From Pseudobacteriovorax sp. (GTDB lineage Bacteria; Bdellovibrionota_B; Oligoflexia; Oligoflexales; Oligoflexaceae), in assembly GCA_050293845.1 (NCBI GenBank), contig JBNKNM010000112.1:1-17349 (forward strand): DNA of 17,349 nucleotides. The letters are read 5' to 3'. Shown here in pieces: positions 1 to 7,710 of the stretch (positions are counted from its first letter, which is position 1; every line of letters begins with the position of its first letter). The position numbers and the translations under genes were made by a program. The notes under the pieces are model-generated. The model searched no databases. It saw nothing but the letters and a program-made list of their open reading frames with translations, and was not told where the DNA came from.

Positions 1-135
1 TTTGCAAGCTATAATAAAATTTATGGGGAATACTTTAAGGACTGCCAACCATGTAGAACAACAGTCGAAATCAATGCATTACCGACACCTATTGCGATCG
101 AGCTAAAATGCATTGCAACAATAGGAGAAAAATAG
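1..135 (+). CDS. 3' end of RidA/YjgF-family protein, probable 2-aminomuconate deaminase (truncated by window edge)
   Basis: Manual frame-1 translation gives FASYNKIYGEYFKDCQPCRTTVEINALPTPIAIELKCIATIGEK*. This matches the RidA C-terminal pattern (N..Y.EYF...P.R..V...LP....IE...IA). TAG at 133-135, 1 nt before the nbaC start; AGGAG at 123-127 serves as the nbaC RBS. The specific function is inferred from operon context. Confidence 0.8.
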   Translation, partial: FASYNKIYGEYFKDCQPCRTTVEINALPTPIAIELKCIATIGEK

Positions 136-136
136 C

Positions 137-643
137 ATGTTACCACCCATTAATTTTAAAGAATGGATAGAAAAAAACCGCGAATTCCTTAAGCCGCCGG
201 TTGGCAATCGCTGTGTATACCAAGATGCTGAGTTTATTATTATGGTAGTGGGAGGGCCTAACAATAGAGCCGATTTTCATATTAATCAATCGGAAGAATT
301 TTTTTATCAGATAGAAGGTGACATTGTTCTAAGGTTGCGGGAAGGGCGTGAGATCGTTGATATGCCCATTAAAGAGGGAGAAATATTTTTGTTACCGCCA
401 AAGGTTCCTCATTCACCTCAACGTCCCGCTAATACGGTAGGTCTAGTCATTGAAAGACAGAGACGGGAAGGGGAAAATGATGGTTTTGTATGGTACTGTG
501 AGCAATGTGGTGTGAAAGTTTTTGAAAAGTTCTTCTTTCTTACAGATATAGTCAAACAACTGCCTCCTGTGTTTGCTGAGTTCTACGACAATGGAAAAAA
601 TGCAATCTGCAAAAAATGTGGCCACCATCACAGGAGACATTAG
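137..643 (+). CDS. nbaC: 3-hydroxyanthranilate 3,4-dioxygenase
   Basis: Family motifs LKPPVGN, VVGGPN.R.DFH, EEFFYQ (Fe ligands His/Glu) and VPHSPQR. Has the rubredoxin-like CxxC...CxxC second metal site (YCEQC, CKKCG). Confidence 0.96.
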   Translation: MLPPINFKEWIEKNREFLKPPVGNRCVYQDAEFIIMVVGGPNNRADFHINQSEEFFYQIEGDIVLRLREGREIVDMPIKEGEIFLLPPKVPHSPQRPANTVGLVIERQRREGENDGFVWYCEQCGVKVFEKFFFLTDIVKQLPPVFAEFYDNGKNAICKKCGHHHRRH

Positions 644-646
644 CTG

Positions 647-1645
647 ATGGAAGCCATTGATATTCATACCCATATTATGCCTCCTCGGCTCCCTAACTAT
701 AAATCACAATTCGGCTACGGTGGCTTTGTTTGTTTAGAACACCATAGCTGTGGGGCTAGGATGCTCAAGGATGATGGTACTTTCTTCCGGGATGTGCAAG
801 AAAACTGCTGGAACCCAAAATCAAGAATATCTGATTGCGATAGATATAATATCAGTAAGCAGGTCTTATCAACGATTCCTGTACTTTTCAACTACTGGGC
901 CCGGCCACAAGATGCCTTGGCAACTTCACAGTATATCAACGATCATATGGCAACTGTGGTGAGAGATCATTCTGATCGATTTTACGCCCTGGGAACGCTA
1001 CCCATGCAGTCGCCTCAATTAGCTGTGCAAGAGTTAGAGCGTTGCATGTTGGAACTTGGGTTGCAGGGGGTTGAAATTGGAACACATATCAACCAATGGA
1101 ACCTAAATGCTCCAGAAGTGTTTGAAGTGCTTGCAGCCTGTGAACGACTGGGAGCTGCAGTGTTTGTCCATCCCTGGGATATGATGGGAAAAGACAGAAT
1201 GCCTGACTACTGGCTCCCTTGGTTGGTGGGTATGCCTGCAGAAACCAGCTTGGCTATATGTTCTATGATTTTCGGTGGTGTTTTTGACCGGCTACCAGAA
1301 TTAAGAATAGCGTTCGCTCACGGTGGAGGGTCCTTTCCAGGAACGATTGGTAGAATTGAACATGGGTTTCATGTTCGCCCCGATCTTTGTGCCGTCGATA
1401 ATAAAACAAATCCTCGGGATTACCTGGGGCGTTTTTTTATAGATTCGATCATTCATGATGAGCAGGCATTTCGCTATGTTCTTGGTCTTTTGGGAGAAAA
1501 TTCCATTGCTCTGGGATCTGATTATCCTTTTCCCCTAGGGGAGTTGGAACCAGGAACTTTCATCCGCTCCCTCTCAGATTTGCCCGTTCAAACAAAGGAA
1601 AAACTTTTAGCAGGTAACGCTAAACGCTGGTTAGGAGTATTGTAG
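647..1645 (+). CDS. nbaD: 2-amino-3-carboxymuconate-6-semialdehyde decarboxylase (ACMSD), amidohydrolase-2 family
   Basis: Motifs IDIHTH (HxH metal site), FVHPWDM, PWLVGMPAET, FAHGGGSF...GRI.HG and GSDYPFPLGE. Lies directly after the dioxygenase. Confidence 0.93.
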   Translation: MEAIDIHTHIMPPRLPNYKSQFGYGGFVCLEHHSCGARMLKDDGTFFRDVQENCWNPKSRISDCDRYNISKQVLSTIPVLFNYWARPQDALATSQYINDHMATVVRDHSDRFYALGTLPMQSPQLAVQELERCMLELGLQGVEIGTHINQWNLNAPEVFEVLAACERLGAAVFVHPWDMMGKDRMPDYWLPWLVGMPAETSLAICSMIFGGVFDRLPELRIAFAHGGGSFPGTIGRIEHGFHVRPDLCAVDNKTNPRDYLGRFFIDSIIHDEQAFRYVLGLLGENSIALGSDYPFPLGELEPGTFIRSLSDLPVQTKEKLLAGNAKRWLGVL

Positions 1646-1648
1646 CCT

Positions 1649-2920
1649 ATGAGTGCATCCTATGATTTTAGTATTTCTGTTGCATCGTTGGATAAAAACG
1701 ATCCCCTTAGCGGCTATCGGGACAATTTTTGTTTGCCCGAATATATAGAAGGCAGATCTTACCTTTACTTTTGCGGAAATTCTTTGGGACTGCAGCCAAA
1801 AGCAACAAGGCAATATATCAATCAAGAGTTGGAAGATTGGGCACAGTTAGGAGTAGAAGGCCACTTTAAGGCGCGCCGCCCCTGGCTGCCATACCATGAG
1901 TTTCTCACAGAGAAAATGGCTGGAGTTGTGGGAGCCCTTACTGATGAAGTTGTGTGCATGAATAGCTTGACGGTGAATTTACACCTCATGATGGTGTCCT
2001 TTTATCGTCCGCAACCCCATCGATTCAAAATCTTGATTGAAGGAGGAGCTTTTCCCTCAGATCAATATGCGGTAGCTTCTCAGGCTCGATTTCATGGTTA
2101 CAATCCAGAGGATGCCATTATCGAATTACTACCGCGGGAAGGCGAGGATATCCTTCGCACTGAAGATATTGTAGCCAAACTGGAAGAGGAAGGAGATAGT
2201 GTCGCGTTAGTGATGATGGGGGGAGTCAATTATCTCACAGGTCAACTTTATGATATGGCGGCTATCACCGTGGCTGCTCACAAAAAAGGCTGCCTTGTTG
2301 GCTTTGACCTGGCCCATGCTGCGGGCAATGTCCCTTTGCAACTGCATGACTGGAACGTTGATTTCGCCGTTTGGTGTTCTTATAAATACCTTAATGCCGG
2401 TCCGGGAGGTATTGCCGGTTGTTTTGTCCATCGTAATATTGACAAAATTGATATCCCTCGTTTTGAAGGTTGGTGGGGCCATAATAAGGAAAGCAGATTT
2501 CAGATGCCAGCAACCTTTTCACCGATCAACAGTGTTGAAGCTTGGCAGCTCAGTAACCCTCCTATTTTCCAGTTAGCCGCACTCAATGCATCTCTGGATA
2601 TCTTTCAAGAAATTGGTATGGAAGCCCTCAGGAAAAAAAGTTTAATGCTCACCAGTTACTTAGAGCATCTCTTTCTGGAAGCTTTCGAGGATCGTCAACT
2701 CATTATCACTCCCGAGCAAACCCAAGAGAGGGGGGCTCAGTTATCCTTCCGTATTCCTGGAGCTAGCAAAGCTATTGTTTCGGGACTGCTTAATAAGGGA
2801 GTTATTTGTGATTTCAGGGAACCTAACATCATAAGAGCGGCGCCGGTACCTCTTTATAACAGTTTTCAGGATGTTTGGGAGTTTATTTCTATTCTAAAGG
2901 AATCATGTGATGAATGGTGA
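1649..2920 (+). CDS. kynU: Kynureninase (PLP-dependent), 3-hydroxykynurenine-preferring type
   Basis: Motifs YFCGNSLGLQP, MNSLTVNLH, AFPSDQYA, GFDLAHAAGN, WCSYKYLNAGPG (PLP lysine), GWWGH, SNPP and RAAPVPLYN. Confidence 0.96.
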   Translation: MSASYDFSISVASLDKNDPLSGYRDNFCLPEYIEGRSYLYFCGNSLGLQPKATRQYINQELEDWAQLGVEGHFKARRPWLPYHEFLTEKMAGVVGALTDEVVCMNSLTVNLHLMMVSFYRPQPHRFKILIEGGAFPSDQYAVASQARFHGYNPEDAIIELLPREGEDILRTEDIVAKLEEEGDSVALVMMGGVNYLTGQLYDMAAITVAAHKKGCLVGFDLAHAAGNVPLQLHDWNVDFAVWCSYKYLNAGPGGIAGCFVHRNIDKIDIPRFEGWWGHNKESRFQMPATFSPINSVEAWQLSNPPIFQLAALNASLDIFQEIGMEALRKKSLMLTSYLEHLFLEAFEDRQLIITPEQTQERGAQLSFRIPGASKAIVSGLLNKGVICDFREPNIIRAAPVPLYNSFQDVWEFISILKESCDEW

Positions 2921-4256
2921 TGAGAAAATTGTTCTTGTGGGAGCAGGGTTAGCTGGCTCCTATTTAGGAATCCTACTGGCACAAATGGGATATTCGGTTG
3001 AAATCTTAGAAAAAAGACCTGACATGCGCCGTGAAAAAGGTGTCGAAGGACGTTCCATTAACTTGGCTATTTCTGCGCGAGGGCTTGAAGCTTTAAGCAA
3101 GATTTCTGGTCCCCATGATCTTCTGGATAGCTCCATCCCCATGAGAGGACGAGAAATTCATGACCTGGATGGCAAAAAAAACTATCAACCTTATTCCCCC
3201 GATATCAATCAAGTGATCAATTCGGTATCCCGATCCCATTTGAATGAAAGATTAATGACTCTCGCCGAGGCGACCGGGAAAGTCAAAATTCGATTTGATG
3301 CTGCCGTAGAAAGTGCTAATGTTAAGGAGGGTACACTCCTACTGAACTGTTCAGAAAAACCTATTTCATTTGATCGTGTGATAGGAACAGATGGGACAGG
3401 CTCTGCTGTAAGATCCAGCATTCTGGAACACACTGAGGGAAGTGTGATGATTGAGAAACTTCCCTATGGTTACAAAGAACTGACAATTCCAGAGCTTCAT
3501 GGTGACTTTGCATTAAATAAAAATGCGCTTCATATTTGGCCACGAAGACATTTTATGCTGATTGCATTACCTAATCCCGATAAAAGCTTTACGGCAACCT
3601 TATTCCTTCCGCAAACTGGAGAAGTTAGCTTCGCTAGTCTCCAGCAGCATGATGAAGTATCTGCTTTTTTTAAAAAATACTTTTCCATCATTCCTGAATT
3701 ATTACCCAACTTAATAGAAGAGTATTTTCAGAAACCTATTGGTACCCTTGGTACTGTCCGCAGTGAACCATGGTACTATCAGCAAAAAGCACTGATCTTG
3801 GGGGATGCAGCCCATGGTATTGTCCCTTTTTACGGGCAAGGTATGAATTGCGCTTTTGAAAGCTGTTATTTGTTTGCCGATAGTCTGAGAAGTAACAATT
3901 ATGATTGGGAAGCAGCTTTTAAGCAGTTCTATAAAACACGAAAGCCCGATACAGAAGCCATTGCAGATCTCGCTATCAGAAATTTTTCAGAAATGCAGGA
4001 CCATGTTGCTGATAGTGAATTTTTGTTTAAAAAATCTATCTTGAGAACCCTTGAGGATAGGTATCCTAAGTTTAAGACCGAATATAGTCTTGTAACCTTT
4101 TCTACATGCTCCTATGCCTTGGCTAAAAAAGAGGGAGAGCGACAAGTAGATTTGCTAAATAAAATAGTAGCAAATCTGAAGGCTAACGAACCTTACGACT
4201 GGTCATGGATTGACCCCATGGTTCAGGAGTATCTTGCTGAAGACTGTTTGTCTTAG
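2910..4256 (+). CDS. kmo: Kynurenine 3-monooxygenase (FAD/NADPH)
   Basis: Rossmann motif VGAGLAG, plus GRSINLAIS, ALHIWPR, MLIALPN.D.SFT.TLF and GDAAH.IVPFYGQGMN. ATG at 2910 is preferred over GTG at 2907 because AAGGA (2897-2901) gives an 8-nt spacing. Overlaps the kynU stop. Confidence 0.94.
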   Translation: MNGDEKIVLVGAGLAGSYLGILLAQMGYSVEILEKRPDMRREKGVEGRSINLAISARGLEALSKISGPHDLLDSSIPMRGREIHDLDGKKNYQPYSPDINQVINSVSRSHLNERLMTLAEATGKVKIRFDAAVESANVKEGTLLLNCSEKPISFDRVIGTDGTGSAVRSSILEHTEGSVMIEKLPYGYKELTIPELHGDFALNKNALHIWPRRHFMLIALPNPDKSFTATLFLPQTGEVSFASLQQHDEVSAFFKKYFSIIPELLPNLIEEYFQKPIGTLGTVRSEPWYYQQKALILGDAAHGIVPFYGQGMNCAFESCYLFADSLRSNNYDWEAAFKQFYKTRKPDTEAIADLAIRNFSEMQDHVADSEFLFKKSILRTLEDRYPKFKTEYSLVTFSTCSYALAKKEGERQVDLLNKIVANLKANEPYDWSWIDPMVQEYLAEDCLS

Positions 4257-4297
4257 AACGTTATAAAGATTGCTTTCTATCTTTTCCTCACAATACA

Positions 4298-4326
4298 AAG
4301 AAGGAACTTTTGAAAAGTTCCTTCTT
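4298..4326. terminator. Perfect 14-bp inverted repeat, probable terminator between the convergent kmo and ricin-lectin units
   Basis: aagaaggaactttt-g-aaaagttccttctt, about 40 nt after the kmo stop. Followed by a T-rich stretch on the minus strand (tttgtatt). Confidence 0.6.
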
Positions 4327-4602
4327 AAAATTAGCATCTTACATAATTCTACATCAATCGACTTGCTTTCAATGATGCGAATCGATACGAAGAGGAAAAG
4401 AGTTTCGTCGCACAGTTTTATCAAGCTACAGTAATAACCTTCAGTAGTCGCAGTTATGCAGCGAGCGCCATAAAGCGCTCTTGGGGAGTCTGTCCCGGAA
4501 TTTCAATCTGATCACGATAAGCATTTCTATTCCAGAAATGGTAGTCGCAGCCGACCAAAAGTTTTGAAATCCTTTCATAGGCCTAGTCATCGACGGTTCG
4601 GC

Positions 4603-5091
4603 TCAAAGTGCATACAGTGAAATATCAATACCACTTTTGCGCGTTGCTATGATTGCAATCCCGTTGCCAATGCCACTGCGCAGCAATTGATAGCGGTACC
4701 ATTTCCGCCTAGTGCTGTCGTCACAGGGTTGTAGTGTGATGGAAGCGCCGTTGTATGCAGAATCATCGGTCATTGTCATGCACTTGTTGAGATCGTTCTT
4801 TGGACTGATACTGTTGTTTGCGTTAAGAACCCATTGCTGCATGGTGTAATTGTCTACACAATCCCAGGTTTGAATGACGGTACCGTTGGCAGTGGAGGGC
4901 CCTGTTGGATCAAGGCACTTTTTGTGCTCACCCATGCTAGAGGCATAGATGTATCCTTTCAAATCCATATTCCAACCCTGCTTGTTATTGTCGAGCTGAC
5001 AATCCCAAAGATGGGTATTTACGCCATTATAATTTGAGTTTTTATGGAAAAAGTTGCTGCTGCCCAGCTGGGATGTGGTTGTATAATTGTG
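4603..5091 (-). pseudogene. Ricin-B (R-type) beta-trefoil lectin gene, 5' end apparently disrupted (ORF track calls 4603-4968)
   Basis: QxW-type repeats KCLD...NGTVIQTWDC...QQW and KCMT...NGASITLQPC...RKW. A third repeat, NYNGVNTHLWDCQLDNNKQGW, lies in frame upstream of the ATG at 4968. The frame is open to 5091 and closed by TAG at 5092-5094, with no ATG/GTG/TTG in between. Confidence 0.65.
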
Positions 5092-5403
5092 CTACACACT
5101 CTGGGGAAGAAAAAGTGATTTCAAACCCCTTTTGCACATTATGCAGATATCTGGAGGAGTAAATCGTGATGGGAACTAGATTTCTTTGAAGAGATTTGGA
5201 GGTCGGCAGTGACATTAAATGAAATCTTAGGGAGAGAACAGTTTTCAGTATCGCAGTCGCAAGGCTTTTTAAATATCCTCTGACGATGCTGATGAAACTG
5301 AATGAGGGCCTTTAGTACAGGATGGTTTCCGTTGGTGTGTATTGAGGTCCTCATTTGAATCAGGTATAAGTGTTAATTTATTACTAAAGGATAAAGTTTA
5401 TGG

Positions 5404-5437
5404 AAAGATAGAGATACTGTGAGGTATCTCTATCTTT
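5404..5437 (-). terminator. Perfect 14-bp stem-loop immediately after the cytochrome lipoprotein stop
   Basis: aaagatagagatac-tgtgag-gtatctctatcttt, 5 nt downstream of the TAA at 5443. Confidence 0.7.
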
Positions 5438-5442
5438 ATCTT

Positions 5443-7344
5443 TTATTGAACAACCACTGCGTCCAAGCTTAAGGGCGTTGTACATTCATCCATGAATAGT
5501 GCTATGGCTGCCATGCAGTCTGGGGTTGCTAAGTGGTCACCCAGTAAAGGAAGAACGGGGATTTCGCCATTCTTAAATATGTTTACCGCTTGTGGGTAAA
5601 GCAGGTTGAATTCCTGACGAGTGATGGAGCCGGCGTTGTTGTAAATACTAACCCATGCTGACTTGAATGGCTCGGTATTTAGAATGAGATTTAGAGTTGT
5701 ATCCGTGACTCCTAGTTCAGCCAATATATCACCGCGGAAAAGGTTCTTGTTGTAGTATCGGAACGCTTGGTTCACAGGGTCGGGATCACCTTCTCTAATG
5801 CCTAACTTCAAGAGAGCATCGAAGTAAAATTTGTTATCCTGATCTATTACAGCTTTATACTGCTCATTATCGACATACATGTTAAGAATTTTGTTCTTCT
5901 CTGCGTTGCTAAAATCTTGCGACACGGTTACGAATTCGCGGATATCATCTTTTTTGTAAAGTAGACCCTGTCCATGACAAGAGAAACAAGATAATCCGTT
6001 AGTAATCTGCTGGAAGAACTGTAATGGACCATCAGGCTGCCGTACGATTTGAGTGGGACCTTTATGAATCTCTTCACCAGTTCCTACAGCAAGATAGTAG
6101 CCGAACAAGCCGTTGGGCAGCTGGAAGATAACCTCACCACCGTCTTGCTCAAAGGCTTTAGCATCAAAACCAGAACCAACAGGACCTAGTGGAAAGTTAA
6201 AGATATTTTGAGTTCCTTCGTTGTTATCGGCAAAGTCATAGCTTACCCAGTAGGCGAGGTTTGCATTGGAAACATGGCGTTCTAGAACTCGGTTTTGACT
6301 CGATACTCCAGAATTTCTAAACCCTGCACGAAGTACTAGGTCACTGTTAATGTTGTTTACTAGATCAACACCTAATTGTTGCTCTAACAGTGGTTGGGTG
6401 TCCGGAAGCTCTAGTAAACCCTTGTAAAGAATCGGCAAAGATGCTGTAGCATTGAACCAGTCCATGCGAATGAGAAAGTGATTTGTCTGGGTTTCTTGCA
6501 CCGCAAAATCATGGTCCTGGACTAACCTCTGCTCATTTGGGCTATTACCGACGACTTCATACGTTGCTGAGAACGGGTAAAAATTATCCATAACTGTATC
6601 AAATACAACTGGGTTTATGCCTAAATTTTGTAAGTCGATACGATAAATCAGTTTGCGCTCATCAATCGCTGTGGGTATCGTTACGATGGACGCCTTTGAA
6701 AAGGAGTTTAAGGTTTTACCAAGTGCTTTGATCATAAATTCTTTAGTTTGATCGCTCAAACCTGCATTATTAGGTACTTGTAGCGTGAAATATCTAATAT
6801 TACGCCTTTGAGCGGCAAGGAATTGATCTAAGTCGTTACGAATTAGCGTCATTTGCTGAAATTCATCTAATGGTTCGACCACAGTTACCTCTATGTTTGT
6901 GATCCAGTCAGCGAGAATTTTTTGTTCTTCTTCAGATATGGGCCCTACGGGGGGCATGTTGCTTCGTGGTGCTAAACGTGTGATTAGCTCGGAAGCTTCT
7001 GGATTTCCGGGAATCAGATAGCGACCACTTTTGATCATCTCTCCAACGTCTAGTACAGTTCCGAAACCACCTTGAGGGTCGTTTAAGTTGTGACAGTTTG
7101 CACAGTGTTGCTCTAATATGGCAAGAGCTTTATCTTTCAGACCCAAACCACTGTCATCCTCTGCTTCTTCAGTGCCGCCGCCGCCGCCGCCACCATTGTT
7201 GTTTTCAACAGCGGGCGCTTCAGCCTGTCTGTTGACATTTGCTAATTTTTCTGTTTGAACACATCCCAAAAATGTAAAAATAAACGCAAAAAGCGCAAGT
7301 TTTGAAGTACCAACCATGGCCATCCCTATCCTTCTTGGATTCAT
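5443..7344 (-). CDS. Predicted lipoprotein with N-terminal planctomycete-type cytochrome c domain and a second CxxCH in a large uncharacterised C-terminal region
   Basis: Hydrophobic signal ending in lipobox FLG-C28, then a Gly/acidic linker. CANCH at aa 81-85 (7090-7104) is followed by IPGNPEASEL...NMPP, with a candidate distal Met. CFSCH at aa 453-457 (5974-5988). Alternative start at ATG 7323 with AAGGA RBS. Confidence 0.8.
   Translation of the reverse strand: MNPRRIGMAMVGTSKLALFAFIFTFLGCVQTEKLANVNRQAEAPAVENNNGGGGGGGTEEAEDDSGLGLKDKALAILEQHCANCHNLNDPQGGFGTVLDVGEMIKSGRYLIPGNPEASELITRLAPRSNMPPVGPISEEEQKILADWITNIEVTVVEPLDEFQQMTLIRNDLDQFLAAQRRNIRYFTLQVPNNAGLSDQTKEFMIKALGKTLNSFSKASIVTIPTAIDERKLIYRIDLQNLGINPVVFDTVMDNFYPFSATYEVVGNSPNEQRLVQDHDFAVQETQTNHFLIRMDWFNATASLPILYKGLLELPDTQPLLEQQLGVDLVNNINSDLVLRAGFRNSGVSSQNRVLERHVSNANLAYWVSYDFADNNEGTQNIFNFPLGPVGSGFDAKAFEQDGGEVIFQLPNGLFGYYLAVGTGEEIHKGPTQIVRQPDGPLQFFQQITNGLSCFSCHGQGLLYKKDDIREFVTVSQDFSNAEKNKILNMYVDNEQYKAVIDQDNKFYFDALLKLGIREGDPDPVNQAFRYYNKNLFRGDILAELGVTDTTLNLILNTEPFKSAWVSIYNNAGSITRQEFNLLYPQAVNIFKNGEIPVLPLLGDHLATPDCMAAIALFMDECTTPLSLDAVVVQ
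7174..7191 (-). repeat. (GGC)6 trinucleotide tract encoding a poly-Gly linker
   Basis: gccgccgccgccgccgcc on the + strand; with the adjacent GGT codon it encodes G7 after NNN. Confidence 0.85.
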
Positions 7345-7390
7345 AAAATTAACCTGTAAAATTTATTGATTTGAATACCTAGCATTAACC

Positions 7391-7418
7391 ATATCGGCTT
7401 CACCTATAGCTTATCTGA
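7391..7418 (-). promoter_or_regulatory. Candidate sigma-28 (FliA) promoter for the cytochrome lipoprotein gene
   Basis: Minus strand TCAG-N16-GCCGATAT, with the -10 element 46 nt upstream of the ATG at 7344. The -10 is a 7/8 match to GCCGATAA; the -35 and spacer are imperfect. Confidence 0.35.
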
Positions 7419-7562
7419 GAAAAAGTGCTAAATGTTCAACAATACAGATTATATTGCGGTTACAATTTGTGGATGATTAGCTTTGCCAGGTTTAAAATTG
7501 GGGGATACTGCCTTAAATGGACTATTTTTTCTCGTCCTCTTTGTACTATTATGGCAACTCTT

Positions 7563-7602
7563 CTAAAGGACAATTTTATAAGGTCATAAAATTGTCCTTT
7601 AG
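7563..7602 (-). terminator. Perfect 17-bp inverted repeat downstream of the EEP-jacalin gene
   Basis: ctaaaggacaattttat-aaggtc-ataaaattgtcctttag, about 110 nt after the stop at 7711. No clear U-tract follows. Confidence 0.6.
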
Positions 7603-7710
7603 TTATGCAGGAAGTGAAGGAAGCTTACTTTTGTTGATTTTTGCAAGTAGCTTAAAAAATTATTTAAATTGTTTTTTTAAAATGCTCCCTATTTATGGCT
7701 TTACTCGTAT

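Noticed and set aside
443..3543. Short alternative-frame or antisense ORFs inside the kynurenine operon (443-673, 750-962, 1631-1825, 2207-2482, 2250-2576, 2960-3142, 3209-3433, 3361-3543)
   Set aside because: They overlap well-supported genes and show no recognisable motifs; shadow ORFs.
4203..4424. 73-aa minus-strand ORF
   Set aside because: Non-ATG start, runs through the palindrome into kmo, no motif.
4417..4428. 12-mer TTTATCAAGCTA repeated at 17308-17319
   Set aside because: Several exact 12-mer pairs are expected by chance in 17 kb of AT-rich DNA, and the match does not extend.
5139..5354. 71-aa minus-strand ORF upstream of the ricin fragment
   Set aside because: No RBS, signal peptide or domain recognised. 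It could be decayed sequence but cannot be supported as a gene.
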